Positions 37,985 through 51,059 of a DNA stretch of 64,000 bases are shown here, piece by piece. A program made the translations under genes and the position numbers. Source of the DNA: Octopus sinensis. Taxonomy: Eukaryota. Location of the stretch: assembly GCF_006345805.1 (NCBI RefSeq), contig NC_043000.1, forward strand, positions 21,824,001-21,888,000, in the 5' to 3' direction. The notes below the pieces were generated by a model, which was not told where the DNA came from, ran no database searches, and saw nothing but the letters and a program-made list of their open reading frames with translations. Within the stretch, counting starts at the first letter, position 1; each line of letters opens with the position of its first letter.

Positions 37985-39308
37985 GTTTCTAAAGACCAAA
38001 ACTTTGGTAAAAGTCTCATATAAAAAAGTGAATTATATCCACCAACTTGTCTTGTATCCCCATTTCAGATCAGGTTTTTAATAGAGGTAAAGAGGTTGGT
38101 CATAAAACCATACTCTTCCCTGATGACACAGCCTGTTGCTGACCATAAATGGTTAATAATCATATATCTTGTGATTATACATCAACTCTGTACAATGCAA
38201 ATGTCAAGCTAATGACATAAGAGTTGTTGTAAAATGATTACAGTCATTATGCTTCAGAAAAGGTATTGTACAGTGTTACAAGATGATTAAAGATATCAGT
38301 TATGGTTTTAAAAAACAAAAAGCTGCTACTTAAGAAAATTTATCTGTTGCAAGAGCAAGCAACATCAGTTTCCTAAACTATTTACTGTCATCATTATTTC
38401 ATTTTGGTCCCAATTCAATTTGTTTTATTCATCATTCTTTATCTATTATTATTATTATTATTAGAAGCTATGCCAAGGCCAGCTCCACTCAAACCGTTCA
38501 ACCCATGCCAGTATGGAAAACGGACGTTAAATTATTATTATTATTATTCATTCATTCATTGCCTTCAAACCTATCTCTAGATTAAGACATGTCCATAGCT
38601 GATAAAATTTCTTCATTCTGTTAACATTTCACAATTGAAGAACATTAATTCCTACTTTACTTGCTGTAGTAAACTTATCTGAAGTAGTTACTTCCCTTGC
38701 AAAGTTTTGTGCAGAAGTCGTAATTTTGTAAACCGGTTCGAGTAATTGAGAGAGAGAACAAAAATGTTCTAAATTTTATTAATTTTCCTCATCTCAACAG
38801 ACACATTAAGAGTGATAGGGGACACTCCATAGACAGACCCAAATTCTTTTAGTTACGTCCCTTTACGCTTCGAACTTAAAATCCCACCTGCCTACCATTT
38901 CATTTTCCAGTTCATAAAATAAGTACTAACAGTAATTTTGTCGATTATACCGACTACACCCCTACTTATCAACCAATCTGTGGATTCTGTTAATATTAGA
39001 AACCATTAATTACTGGAGATAACATGAATCAAATACAAAGCTAATGGCTAACTGTGAGAGTATTAAGAAACCATATATCAGTTATTCCTATACAATAAAG
39101 TCATGTGCACTTACAGGATTTTAAATAAAATTTATTTCCCTCAAACAAAATTAAATTTAACTAAATATTGTCTTGTTTTTATTTTACACTTCCATCTACA
39201 ATATAACTAAATCAAGACAATAAGGAAGTTTATAGATGGTCATTTGAATAGATAGCCAAAAAAAATACACACCATATTAAACCCCAACTTTCTCTCCCTC
39301 TGTGTATG

Positions 39309-39349
<41 letters not shown>

Positions 39350-39864
39350 CTTGGTGCAGCCTCCTGGCTTCCCAGACCCTGGTCAAACTGTCCAACCCAT
39401 GCTAGCATGGAAAACGGATGTTAAACGATGATGATGATAATATATATATATATATCATCATCATCATCATCATCATAGCATACTAGATATACTATGCCTG
39501 ACGAATGGTCATGGCTCAAACAATTTTTATCATAAATCTTTGCAGTCAGGTCTGACCTAGGGCTAAACAATAGAAGCAAATGACTTGTTTTTATAATTTT
39601 AGTATGAATCTATACTGAAATCTACAATGAATCTATATAGGATCGCAACATTAGATATTTAGTATCATTATTTGCATTAAAAGTGTAAAACTGTTGAGAG
39701 TGAATAATTCTCGAAAGGAAAAGTTGGTATTTTTAGATTAATCAAACTATTTATATTGTTTATATTATATCAAATATTTCAATCTAAATAATTAAATATA
39801 TATATATATATATACATACAGAGAGAGAGGGAGAAAGAGAGATTTGTAAAAATCTGGTACTTAC

Positions 39865-39944
39865 ATGAAGCTTGCTTTTCTCTTTTACTTGAGATAAGTG
39901 TTCATCTATACACTTCCGATTTGGAGGACGAAGCTTCTTTATGT
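39865..39944 (-). CDS. Bfr1/PPI-like protein, most upstream coding exon identified (start exon not found)
   Basis: cag|xIKKLRPPNRKCIDEHLSQVKEKSKLH|gtaag, phase 1-0. Confidence 0.8.
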
Positions 39945-41208
39945 CTGAAATTAATAAAGCAGAGACATGATATGTAAAATAAATTAAATTAACATATGCA
40001 GAAATTTAATTTTATTTACAAATGAATTATTCACACCTTAAATTTATACTCTTAATCTTTTTGTTACTAAACTGGCTAAACAGCCTTGAATAGTATGTTA
40101 CCTGGTCAAGCCTGGCTTTTAAATACATCATGCTTTCAAATGTGCATTTAGAAGAAATTACTTCAGAGGAAAAAAATTATTTATGGGCATAACTACAACC
40201 CATTTACAATTCAGTTGCATAGTATTTGTGTGGTTGTGTGGTAAGTAGCTTGCTTACCAACCCCATGTTTCTGGGTTCTGTTCCATTGCATGGTACCTTG
40301 GGCAAGTGGCTTCTACTATAGCCTTGTGAGTGGATTTGGTAGACGGAAACTGAAATAAGCCTGTCATATATATATATATATATATATAAGTATATGTGTT
40401 TGTGTTTGTCCCCCCAACATCGCTTGACAACTGATGGTGGTGTGTTTACATCCCCATAACTTAGCGGTTCGGCAAAAGAGACCAATAGAATAAGTACTAG
40501 GCTTACAAAGAATAAGTCCTGGGGTCGATTTCCTCGACTAAAGGTGGTTCTCCATGAATGGCCACAGTCAAATGAATGAAACAAGTAAAAGAGTATTACA
40601 GTTCCTGTAGGAATAGTTATTTTTCATCGATTTTTGTGATTATCTTAGCATAATTCATTTTCCAGTCTAGAGCCTGGAAAACATCCAGGCCATTTGTGTT
40701 GGTTTCTGTTTTTATCAGTCAGTGGAAAGCATTACCGTCACCATTTTTAGTTCATTTTCCATGCCCAACCCATGTCAGTTGGAGGGTTCAACAAAGGCTA
40801 ACAAGTTGGAAGACCACATATTGTTCCAATGTCTCAATTTCGGCATGGTTTCTAAGGTTGATTGCTCTTCTTAACATGAACCTCTTTACACAGTGTACTT
40901 GATGCATTTTTTCATGGCACCAGCAGTTAAGATTGCCTTGCCATACAAACAAATCATTAATCATATATCTCCTGCCTACTATAAAATTGTAGAAACGTAA
41001 GCTACCAACAGTCATTTCATCCTATAGTTAAAAGGTTTTAAAATAGTGATGAACGTAGAAACTATTATTTCAAACAAATTGCAATGGACTGAAAATCTGA
41101 AATATTTTTAAAATACAAGACACTGTTTTCAATCTGACAAATTAAGAAGAAAACCCTTTTATTTACACACACACAGACAGCTTTACTGCTTGTAGTTACT
41201 TCTGTACC

Positions 41209-41433
41209 TATTTCTTTACTGCCCACAAGGGGCTACACACAGAGAGGACAAACGACGACAAACAAATGGATTAAGTCGATTATATCGATAACTGGTACTT
41301 ATTTAATCGACCCCGAAAGGATGAAAGGCAAAGTTGACCTCGGCGGAATTTGAAGTCAGAACGTAACGGCAGACGAAATACGACTACACATTTCGCCTGG
41401 CATGCTAACGTTTCTGCCATCTCGCCGCCTTGG
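41209..41433 (-). mobile_element. SINE family A
   Basis: 15-bp TSD agttacttctgtacc at 41194-41208 and 41434-41448. Confidence 0.9.
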
Positions 41434-41994
41434 AGTTACTTCTGTACCACCATTTCACTCTAGTATCCAGGAATTTAAAGACACAGTTCTTTAGTGGACT
41501 TTTACCAATAATAATAGGAAAAAATGCACATGCATGCACACACACACACACACGCACAAGGTGATTAAGTTGAGGCTATAACAAGATATTTGCCCAAAGT
41601 GTCGCACAAAGGGACTGAACCAGAATCACTTGGCTATAAAGCAAACTATTTAACCACATAACTATGCTTGCACTGAGTTAAGTCTATTTATGGTTGACGT
41701 AAAACTTAGATTGAAGACTTTATACTTAAGTTACCAATTCAATGTGTCTTACATATATAATTAACTGCAAATGTGAAAGAAATAGAATCTTAACTGTCAA
41801 CATAAATTCAAAACAAGTGATGCCCAATAAACCAATTATTGTGTAAAAGCATCTTTTCAAAGCATCAAACAAAAGGATAATTTATTAATTCCTTATATCT
41901 TAATGGTGTTCTTTTATTTTTTTTTTTTTATTTATTTCAGTCATTTTACTGCAGCCATGCTGGAGCACTTCCTTGAATGATTTTAGTTAAACAA

Positions 41995-42395
41995 ATGGCA
42001 GACACCCATAAAATTATTAACCATCTTACAAACAATAACTCTGAGCACCTTTTCAAACTCCACCTGTCTAACACCCGTGGACATGTTTACAAAGTCAGAA
42101 AACAGCACAGCTCCCATGACTTTCGGAAACATTTTTTCATGCTAAGATTTGCTGAAGCATGGAACAAACTGCCGGCATCAGTTGTTAGTTGTCGGAGCAC
42201 TGCATCCTTCAAAACTTCCATGCTTCCCGAGATTCACCAACACTACACCTGATTTTCTCCCCTCCATACACACACAAGCATGTATCTGACTCATACACTG
42301 TTCACTTCCCAGACATTTGTACCTTACTGCATATACTTTATATGCACTTTTGACAGGTTGTGGTGCACCTGAGCACTGTATACAATAATTTCATA
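41995..42395 (+). mobile_element. CR1-like LINE 3' end inserted in a family B SINE
   Basis: NTRGHVYKVRKQHSSHDFRKHFFMLRFAEAWNKLPASVVSCRSTASFK is the typical CR1/L2 ORF2 C-terminus, followed by a 3'UTR. Confidence 0.85.
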
Positions 42396-43073
42396 ATTTT
42401 TTTATTTTTAAATTGACCCTACAACTTATTTTTTAAGCCTAGTACTTATTCTATTGGTCTCTTTTCCAAACCTTTAACTTACAAGAATGTAAACACACTG
42501 ACACCAGTTGTCAAGCAATGATGGGGAGACAAATACAGATACACACACACCATGGGCTTCTTTCAGTTTCCGTCTACCAAATCCACTCATAAGGCTTTGG
42601 TTGGCCTGAGGCTATAGTAGAAGACACTTGCCCAAGGTGCCAAATTTTTACAGAGTTAGATTCTCAAAATAAAAATAAAATTAATTTCCAATTTGTAGGT
42701 AATTAACCAACTTTTAAAGTTTATCTTTTTTTTTTTTACCTTTTATTTTTAATTTGTTTCAGTCAATGGACTGTGACCGTGGTGAGGCACTGCTTTGAAA
42801 GGCTTAGTCAAACAAATTGAATCTAGTACTTAGTGGTAAGAAACTCTCAAGAGAGCTGAACAGCAGAAGGTCTTCAGAGAAGAAACCCCTTCAGGAAAGT
42901 GTTTTGACACTTAACTTATTTCACTCTAAGTCTGGCAATTATTTTATTGGTCTCTTTTGTTGAACCTTTAACTTACAGGGACATAAATAAACCAACACTC
43001 TTTGTTAAGCAGTGTGTAGGGAACAAACACACACACAATCTAAATAAGACAAAAAACTTCAACACATCTTTAA

Positions 43074-43249
43074 CCCTTTAGCATTCGGATGTTTCTATCA
43101 AATGTAATGCTTATTTATTCACATTGTTTTGAATTAATCAGATATTATCTCAAAGCCTTGAGATTTCCATGACATAATTGTTTAGTTATAGAATGACATT
43201 GTAGGGTAGAATATTTGGGTCAGATATGGCCAGATTAAATGCTAAGGGG
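43074..43249. mobile_element. piggyBac-type (TTAA) MITE
   Basis: TTAA|ccctttagcatt ... aatgctaagggg|TTAA; a related SINE-interrupted copy ends at about 60188. Confidence 0.8.
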
Positions 43250-44698
43250 TTAAGGGTCAGTTACAATTGTTCCTGTTCTACTCTGCTTTCATCACCAGTT
43301 CAGACAAAAGACCAAAGTGAAAATTTACATAAAATTTACTAGTTATAGATATTAGAGTGATACTTCTACAGATCTGCCAGTCTTTGCAAAGTCTGAAGAA
43401 GTGCTACTTAATGCCTAAAACTGCAAATACTACAGAAAATTTTCACTCTGAACTTTAGCATGAACTGGAAATGAAAGCAGAAATGGTACAGAAACAATTG
43501 TAATTGATCATTAAAGTTTTTCCTTTGTCTTCTTATTCAGATTATATTTTACTCTTCACTAAACCCACATGATAGTTTTACTGTTGTGAAAACAAGATTT
43601 TCTACACCTGAAGAATTTCAGTTAGAGTTTGGATTCCATCAGTGTTGATAGCCCAGGGATTGGACTGAGTGCAGCATTGGAAATACACTATCAGGAAAAC
43701 ATATATATGTCAGACTTCCAGACAGATTCATTCACAAGGCATTGGTTGGCCCAGAGTTATAGCAGAAGACACTAATCTAAATGCTGCAGAGTGGGACTGA
43801 ACCAAAAATCATTTGATTGCAAAGCAAGCTTCTTAACCATAAAGCCATGCCTGCACTTAAAATATATAAGTATGTATAAGTTGAGAAATACTAGGATGGA
43901 AAATAAAAATAAGGACATGAGCATGACTGAGTTGCAGATAATCAGAATCAAGTACTGGAAAGGAGATAAATAAAGAATCCTCATTGGTTCTAAAGTTAAT
44001 GCTACGTCAGAGAGAAATTTCAATCACTCATTAAGTTAGTCATGAGGAAACATGTATTAGGACAATTAAAACTGCTGTTCCAGTATTTTCATATCATTTT
44101 ACCTGTCCTTTGTCCCGACAGACAATTTATCAGTCATATGCTGCTCCCAAAAAGATAGACCTGCCTTGACAATCAGTAATTAAACCCGGTAAGTAACCCT
44201 GGCACATACTGCACGTGATAATAGCATAATCAGCCACTTATAGAGAGTGGAGACAGCTACACACACACAAAAAAGTGTCTCTCAAATATTCCTCAGTTCT
44301 TCAATACACACACACAATACTATACAAATTTGGCGTTAGGAAGGGCATCCAGCCGTAGAAACACTGCCAGATCTAACTGGGCCTGATGAAGCCTTCTGGC
44401 TTCACAGACCCCAGTTGAACCGTCCAACCCATGCTAGCATGGAAAACGGACGCTAAACGATGATGATGATGTCAGCAGAAAATGAGTAACTCTCAGAATG
44501 ATACAGCATTATTATGTGCATTGTTGCATCTTATTATCTGCATTTTTTTAAATGTGTTTTTACATTGGTTTTTAAAAATTACTTTACTGATTATATAAAT
44601 AGCAACTATGAGACATCAACTTTCAATGAAATCATCATCATTTAATGTCCCTTTTGCCAACATGGAAAAGAATTAAACCTGCTTCCTAATATTAAAGT

Positions 44699-44948
44699 CA
44701 GAGGCACATGGCTTAGTGGCTAGGGCATTGCACTCATAATGGTAAGATCGCGGTTTCAATTCCTGGATCAGGCAATGCATTGAGTTCTCAAGCAAAACAC
44801 TTCATTTCATGTTGCTCCAGTCTACTCTACTGGCAAAAATGAGTAACCCTGTGACAGACCAGCATTCCATCCAGTGAGCTAATATATACGCCGCACAATC
44901 TAGGAAACTGGAGCAACAGAGCCTATGGCAAGGTTTTTTTTTTCTTGT
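44699..44948 (+). mobile_element. tRNA-derived SINE (family D-related)
   Basis: A box tggcttagtgg; 16-bp TSD with 1 mismatch at 44683-44698 and 44949-44964. Confidence 0.75.
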
Positions 44949-47065
44949 TTCCTAATATTGAAGTTATATTTTCATGATTAGAATTTATTTAAAAGAAATT
45001 AAAATGAAAGATTTAATACATTGAAGTAATGTATATTTTATAAAGAATTTGCCTATAGAATATTTTAGACTATTAACTTTTAACTTTAAAGTCAATATTT
45101 ACATGTATAAGTGCCTTATTTTTGAACATATACATAGCAGACATCCAGGAAAAGACACTGAATTCTAATCCAAGTAATTATAATCCTCATAACAACTCAT
45201 CTCAGATATTTAGATATTTAAATTAATATAAAATTCTAATTTTAAATTAAAGAGAAAAACAGAAATTAACACGTTAAATACAGCAGTAATTAAACCAAAA
45301 TGTCTTAAACTATGAAATATATATATATAGCATTTACTTCATTTTCCTTCAGGGATCTTCAGGCATTGGGCCTCACAGCAGGAATGAAAATGGACTGACA
45401 CTCCCAGCAGTTTGCTGTGCTTAAGAAGACAGATCAAGCTAAGTAAAAGCGTAGTTGTCCTTGCATACAGGGATGTCTCATGCATCCTTCTCCAGCTGAG
45501 CGTTCCTAGTCTTGCAGGCTTGTAGGTGCAGATGCCATGTAAATTTACCCATGCTGGTGCTATGTAACAGCATTGGAAAGGGCATCCAACTGTAGAAACC
45601 ATGCCAAAACAGAGATGGAGCCTGGGTAGCTCTTCAGGTGGCCAGCTCCTGTCAAACTGTCCAACCCATGCCAGCATGGAAAACAGATGTATGATGATGG
45701 TGTATCAGACTTAAATAGTCTTCAATTTTGAGAGGAGAAAGTCCATTCAGGAGTCAGATGAAAACAGGATATTATAAAATATATTTTTAAATATTTTTCT
45801 CAAATTTAAAATATAAGGTAGAATTTTGATTTAAATTCGATTTCAGATAATCTTAGAAATCTCAACTCTAGTTAATATTTCTCTGGCTCAGTTTGAAGTG
45901 GCATAAATAGTCATTTACTGTCATGAGCTGTGCTTAAGATTAGTAACATAACAGCAATAACCAATAATTGAAAATTTATTGAATGCTTTGGCAAAAGTAG
46001 TCTTCACCATGTAGAAATTTCTTCAATTTCAAGATATGCATATAGTTTAAATAGAACAGAACACCTGCATTGCAACAGGTAAAACGCAGTTAAGTGTATA
46101 AGTAGTGGTGAATAATAATTAAAACATTATATGAATGGTATAATGTTATTTTATTAACACTGATAGTATTCTGACATATTTACATAACAAATAACACAGC
46201 CTCTAGTCATTATGAGACTAGTCCAAAATAGTATTAAGAAAATATATATCAAGTTCAATCTTAGAGAATTTCAGGTTTGATTATGGAAGAACAATTTTTT
46301 TTCTCAACAAATAATGAATTGTCAGAAATGTACCTCAATCAATAACACAAAGGATAATACTAGTGATTGAAAAAAAATCAATAATTGAAACCTAAAGATA
46401 CAATTGTCAGTGTAGAGAAAGAGGTTTTGTTTGAAAATGAAATAATTCAGAAATATTATATGTTGCATGATAAATAACAATTTTTAAATAGAATTTATTA
46501 CAGACTATATCATGTCAATATTTCTGTTATGATGGCGGTGAGCTGGCAGAATCATTAGCATGCCAGGCAAAATGCTTAGTGACATTTCATTTATTTTTAC
46601 ATTCTGAGTACAAATTCTGCCAACACAGTCAATAAAATAAGTACCAGTTGGTTACTGGGGGGAGGGGATTCAATGTAATTGCTGGCCTTGTGTCAAAATT
46701 TGAAACCAATATTTTAGTATATGTGAATATCATTTTACTCTTTTACTCAAGGTTATGGTAGAAGACACATACCAAAGGTACCATGCAGTGAGATTAAGGA
46801 CTGAACGTTGCTGTTGCAAAATAAACTTCTTAAAACCACATAGACATTCGTGTGTGTGTGAATAACCCTAACCCTACTGGAAATAAGACTTTGAAAAATT
46901 AGTTAATTGTAACATTTGGCAAAATTTTAAAATTGAAAATTATTCTTAAAGATTAAAAAATACATTATGTATAAGTAAAATTATATAAAGAATGTCATTT
47001 GGGATAAATATTACAGGGTTAAAAGCCAATCTCTCTCTCTCGATTTATTTATATATCATCTCGAT

Positions 47066-47262
47066 CAGTGCTTTTCAAACTTTTTGCTGGAGCGGAACCC
47101 CAAGGAAACATTCCACTGGCTCGAGGAACCCCTGTGCAATAATTTAATTGTCTTATGCACACATATCTGCACAGGAGAATTAAAAATTACTGCCGCTTTT
47201 AGCAGTTTTGTAACTTCTTGCGGAACCCTAAGGTTCCGCGGAACCCTGGTTGAAAACCACTG
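47066..47262. mobile_element. hAT (Charlie-type) MITE
   Basis: TIRs cagtgcttttcaa / ttgaaaaccactg; 8-bp TSD atctcgat/atctagat. Confidence 0.9.
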
Positions 47263-47899
47263 ATCTAGATAATAGCATCATAACGTGCATTTCAAAGCTC
47301 CTATATGGTTATCGGCTACCACATGCCATCATACTACAGGACTTCTCCTTTTACTGGATATATATGTAGAAATCTGTTAGTGCACACAGAATTTATTTTA
47401 AAATTTATAAAAGAAGACGAAATGAAAAGGTTTTAATCACAAATTACTGTGCATTAAAGCCCGTTCCTCTTTTGTCTTACGAATAGAATTTTTTAAAATG
47501 AATAGAATGAAGAAAAAAAAAGTGCGGGGGTGGTGCATTGCTTGAAGTAGTAGCCACCCCTTTAAGTTAATTTTGTTGTCCCGGTCGAGTCTTTTACAGA
47601 ACAGTGTAAAGAAGGATTATACAGGTACTGATACGAAATAGCATAATGTTAAATTTTCTTGCAACATATATTACTTCAAATTTTGTGGAGTGTATTATAT
47701 ATAATATAAGTTTTACAAGCTGAGATACATATAAACTTAATAAATATTACAAATAGTTGCTAAAGTAATTTTTTTTAAACAGTTACACTATTCAAAATAA
47801 TATGAAATGCGTTTATAGAAATTATCTTAAATCAATTCTCAAAACCATGTAAAACTACTTCTTGTGTGCGTTGTACCTTTTAGATAAAATATTTCGCTT

Positions 47900-48230
47900 G
47901 CACCTCTCTCAAAATCATTACAATCTCATTTACCGTTCGTTTATTTACTAACAATAACCCACGCCTTTTCATACAAAATCAACCGCGCGCACACACGCAA
48001 TTCCCATCCCCCGAAGAGCCTGTACAAGAGTGAGCGTATACAAAACGTAACAAAGTAAGAATTTACATATCAAAACGAAAAGAGCACTATTTATAATATC
48101 CATAGAAACCCGCATTGTCACGTGATATTTAAAAACATGACCTAATTTCCTGAAACACGTTCCATGTGTTTTTATTGTGAATGCAAATAAAGCAATTAGA
48201 GTTATTTCCCTTCATTTATTTCATATATTT
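47900..48230. promoter_or_regulatory. Candidate promoter / first-exon region of the minus-strand gene
   Basis: Local CpG enrichment (ccgcgcgc), E-box gtcacgtgat 48117-48126, minus-strand donor-like ACG|gtaaat near 47932, repeat-free sequence. Confidence 0.45.
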
Positions 48231-50799
48231 CCAAGAGTGAGAGAGACAGACAGATAGAGAAACACTCCAGTATAAGAAATATATTCTTTTATTTACTTTT
48301 AACTACAGCTAAACCGAAGAGTTCCAGCATTGATTATGTTTCTGAAGAGTAGAGCTAAAAATCTGCCTTCAAAAACATTAAGCATTACCCGACTTTCAAG
48401 GTTTCTGAAGAGTTAAGTAACTGAAAGACATTAGTCCTTTATCCAAAATGATGCCAGTTACTGAACTCTGGTAAAATAATCATCTACATAAAAATGTCGA
48501 AGTTTGTAACCTTTGCACTATTACAACGATGAATAAGCATTTGGGCATCTGCATACCATTGGAATATCTTTTTGAATACTTATGATCAACTTCAGAGATA
48601 GACAGAGGAAGAAAGCATACGTTGTCATTGTTCAACCCCAGGTCAATCCTAATCCAGCAAACCTGTGATCAAATGTGTTCCAACCGTGGACACCATCTTA
48701 TTGTTTATATAGGACCAATGCATCCTTCTGCTTTTAAAACTGCATTATAATTTGAAAGAATCCTCTACTATTTCTAACAGTTCGAGTGACCACGTTGAAG
48801 TTACATCGTTGGTTCGAGTAGATTCGAAGCATAATGCATTAGCTGTGTTGGATTTTTTTGACATTGGCATAGCAAAGTTCTCTTCACAATTACGAGGATC
48901 CGATTTCAGTCCCACCATGGAGTTTTAGGGAAGTGTTTTTACCATAGCTTCGAGTCGAACGAATGAGTTTGTTAAACCAATGCAATTCAGAGAATAAAAT
49001 TCTACCAAATTCATAAAAGCTGTTATCTAAGTTTGGTATCATTTTAACATATAATCATTTATTACTATAACAGAAAAGCTATTGCCATGATTGGAAACAT
49101 GTTTAATAATATAGAATTTCTATACAGTTTATGAGTCTCTCTCTGATTATTAAATTGTTACATTTTGTCATATAAGAGAACCCCTATTTTTAATTTTCCA
49201 ACTATCAAATATATAAGTAAAATAAAAATCTGTTGAAAGATTTTAGTATTTAATTTCACAAATACACAACAAACTGTGACATTGTAGGTCTCCTCTTGAT
49301 CAGTGAATTATTGTACCAAACAAGAGTGCAAAAATATCTTGCCCATATGCAGATTAAGGATTTACAGAAATTTCATTATTATCTGTGCCACAATAATTAG
49401 TAATAGCTATATCTCAACTAACCCTTATTAGCTTCTTTGTTGTATTTGAACAGTTATTTAGCTTTTAGTTTGATTTCCATCACTTTACTGTTGTAGAGCC
49501 CATTGCACTTTCACCTAGATTTTACAATGACTACCTACATCGACTTCCAACCTACAACCTCTGTACAGGAAGACATTTATTTTGCAATTATTTGGCTGCC
49601 TGGTTCCAACCCACTACATGGCACCTTGGGCACAAGTCTTCTACAATAGCCATGGACCAACCAATACCTTGTGACTGAAATTTGGGAACAGAAACGATGC
49701 AGAAGTCCTTTGATGAGACTATTCCTGTTCTTGAGCAGTAAACTTAATATGTATTCTGGCTTAACATCATTACTTGATTCATTAGTGTGCTATTAGTAGA
49801 GTCCATTCTATTGTAAAGCCTTCACGTCTGGTCTCTACTCAGAGGATAACTTACTCTCTTTCTTCAATCAGTCTCAAAAGCCCTGAAATATATCAAAGGG
49901 CAAGCTCTTTTTTATGTGAAGGAACCATCAAAATATATTTTTTAAATGTTTAAAATGCACACAAGGCCAACTTCATAATCATTGGTATATATTTTTCTCT
50001 TGTGCTCTTATTAGTTGAACAAGTCCAGCTGGGATACAAGAAAACTTCCTACAAAGCTGTTTGATTAGGCTACATTTTCACATCTGCTTCAAAGACAAAG
50101 TTGACAAGTCAATAACAGAGTATTTTGATCATTTGACTGATTAGAAATAGTAACCAAATTTTCCTTAAATCATACCCAAGCATCTTTTAAAAAAAATGGA
50201 AGGACACATTAGACAATGTAGTACTAGATATAGAGAAAGACAAGATAGTCAGGGTTGGAACACCTTTAATCATGGAGCTGTTAAATAAAGGGCTGTCCTG
50301 AGGCTAAACATTAGTGACAACATGTTTGATTTACATTTAAACTGTTGGATATTCTAAAAGTTATTTGACGCTGTATGTAAACAGTAAAGTTATTCAAGTA
50401 CAAGAAAAAGTTGAACAAATTACAAAGTTAATGAAATTAATGGATATATATCTAAATCTTGAGTATGAGAAATTAAAATAAAAACCTTTGAGGACTAGAA
50501 AAAGGTTTACAGATATAAATAGCTTGTTAAAACGAGATGTATTAATTTAATTATTGAGTAGTAGCTATATTCTCAATGAGAGGGTTTAATTTTTTTCTGA
50601 AATGTTACTTTGAAATAAGTTGTTTAAATTTCAATGATGGTCTTTGGCAAGGAAGATCAAAGTTTTGACGAAAGTAATTTATACTAATTAATTTAGATGT
50701 AATTAAGGATAACAAACAATATGAATATATATATAAAATATGTTGAAAATAGTGAAAGACACTACAAATTTAGTGCTTTAGCAGCTTCTGTTTGTGTTT

Positions 50800-50826
50800 G
50801 TTGCTTAGCAATTGTTGCCTAGCAAC
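50800..50826. promoter_or_regulatory. Tandem RFX X-box motifs
   Basis: gttgcttagcaat (50800-50812) and consensus gttgcctagcaac (50814-50826). Confidence 0.55.
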
Positions 50827-51059
50827 AAATATTTTAAATACTCTCCTATCAGGATAGGAGTTTTCTTTCTGATTCAATCAATACACATTATCTGTTATTG
50901 TGTTCCATTTGTTTACTATGAAAGCAATCTGTATTGATTCTTTTAGCAGAACACAAAGCCATGCATTTACATGAAAATGAGAGGAAAATGTAACAATGCG
51001 TATGTTTCTTAAGAGAATCAGTAATATAATTGAATTTATTATTTGTTTTTCTTTATTCA

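Noticed and set aside
43270-43690. Coding-like composition on the + strand
   Set aside because: Multiple stops and no identifiable family; probably a decayed TE ORF
44122-44194. Plus-strand exon-like segment with good acceptor and gtaagt donor
   Set aside because: Stops in all three frames and no other support; at most an antisense non-coding exon
46863-46876. Telomere-like taaccctaacccta (also about 123-133 and 27865)
   Set aside because: Only about two units, with no array or telomerase-RNA-like context
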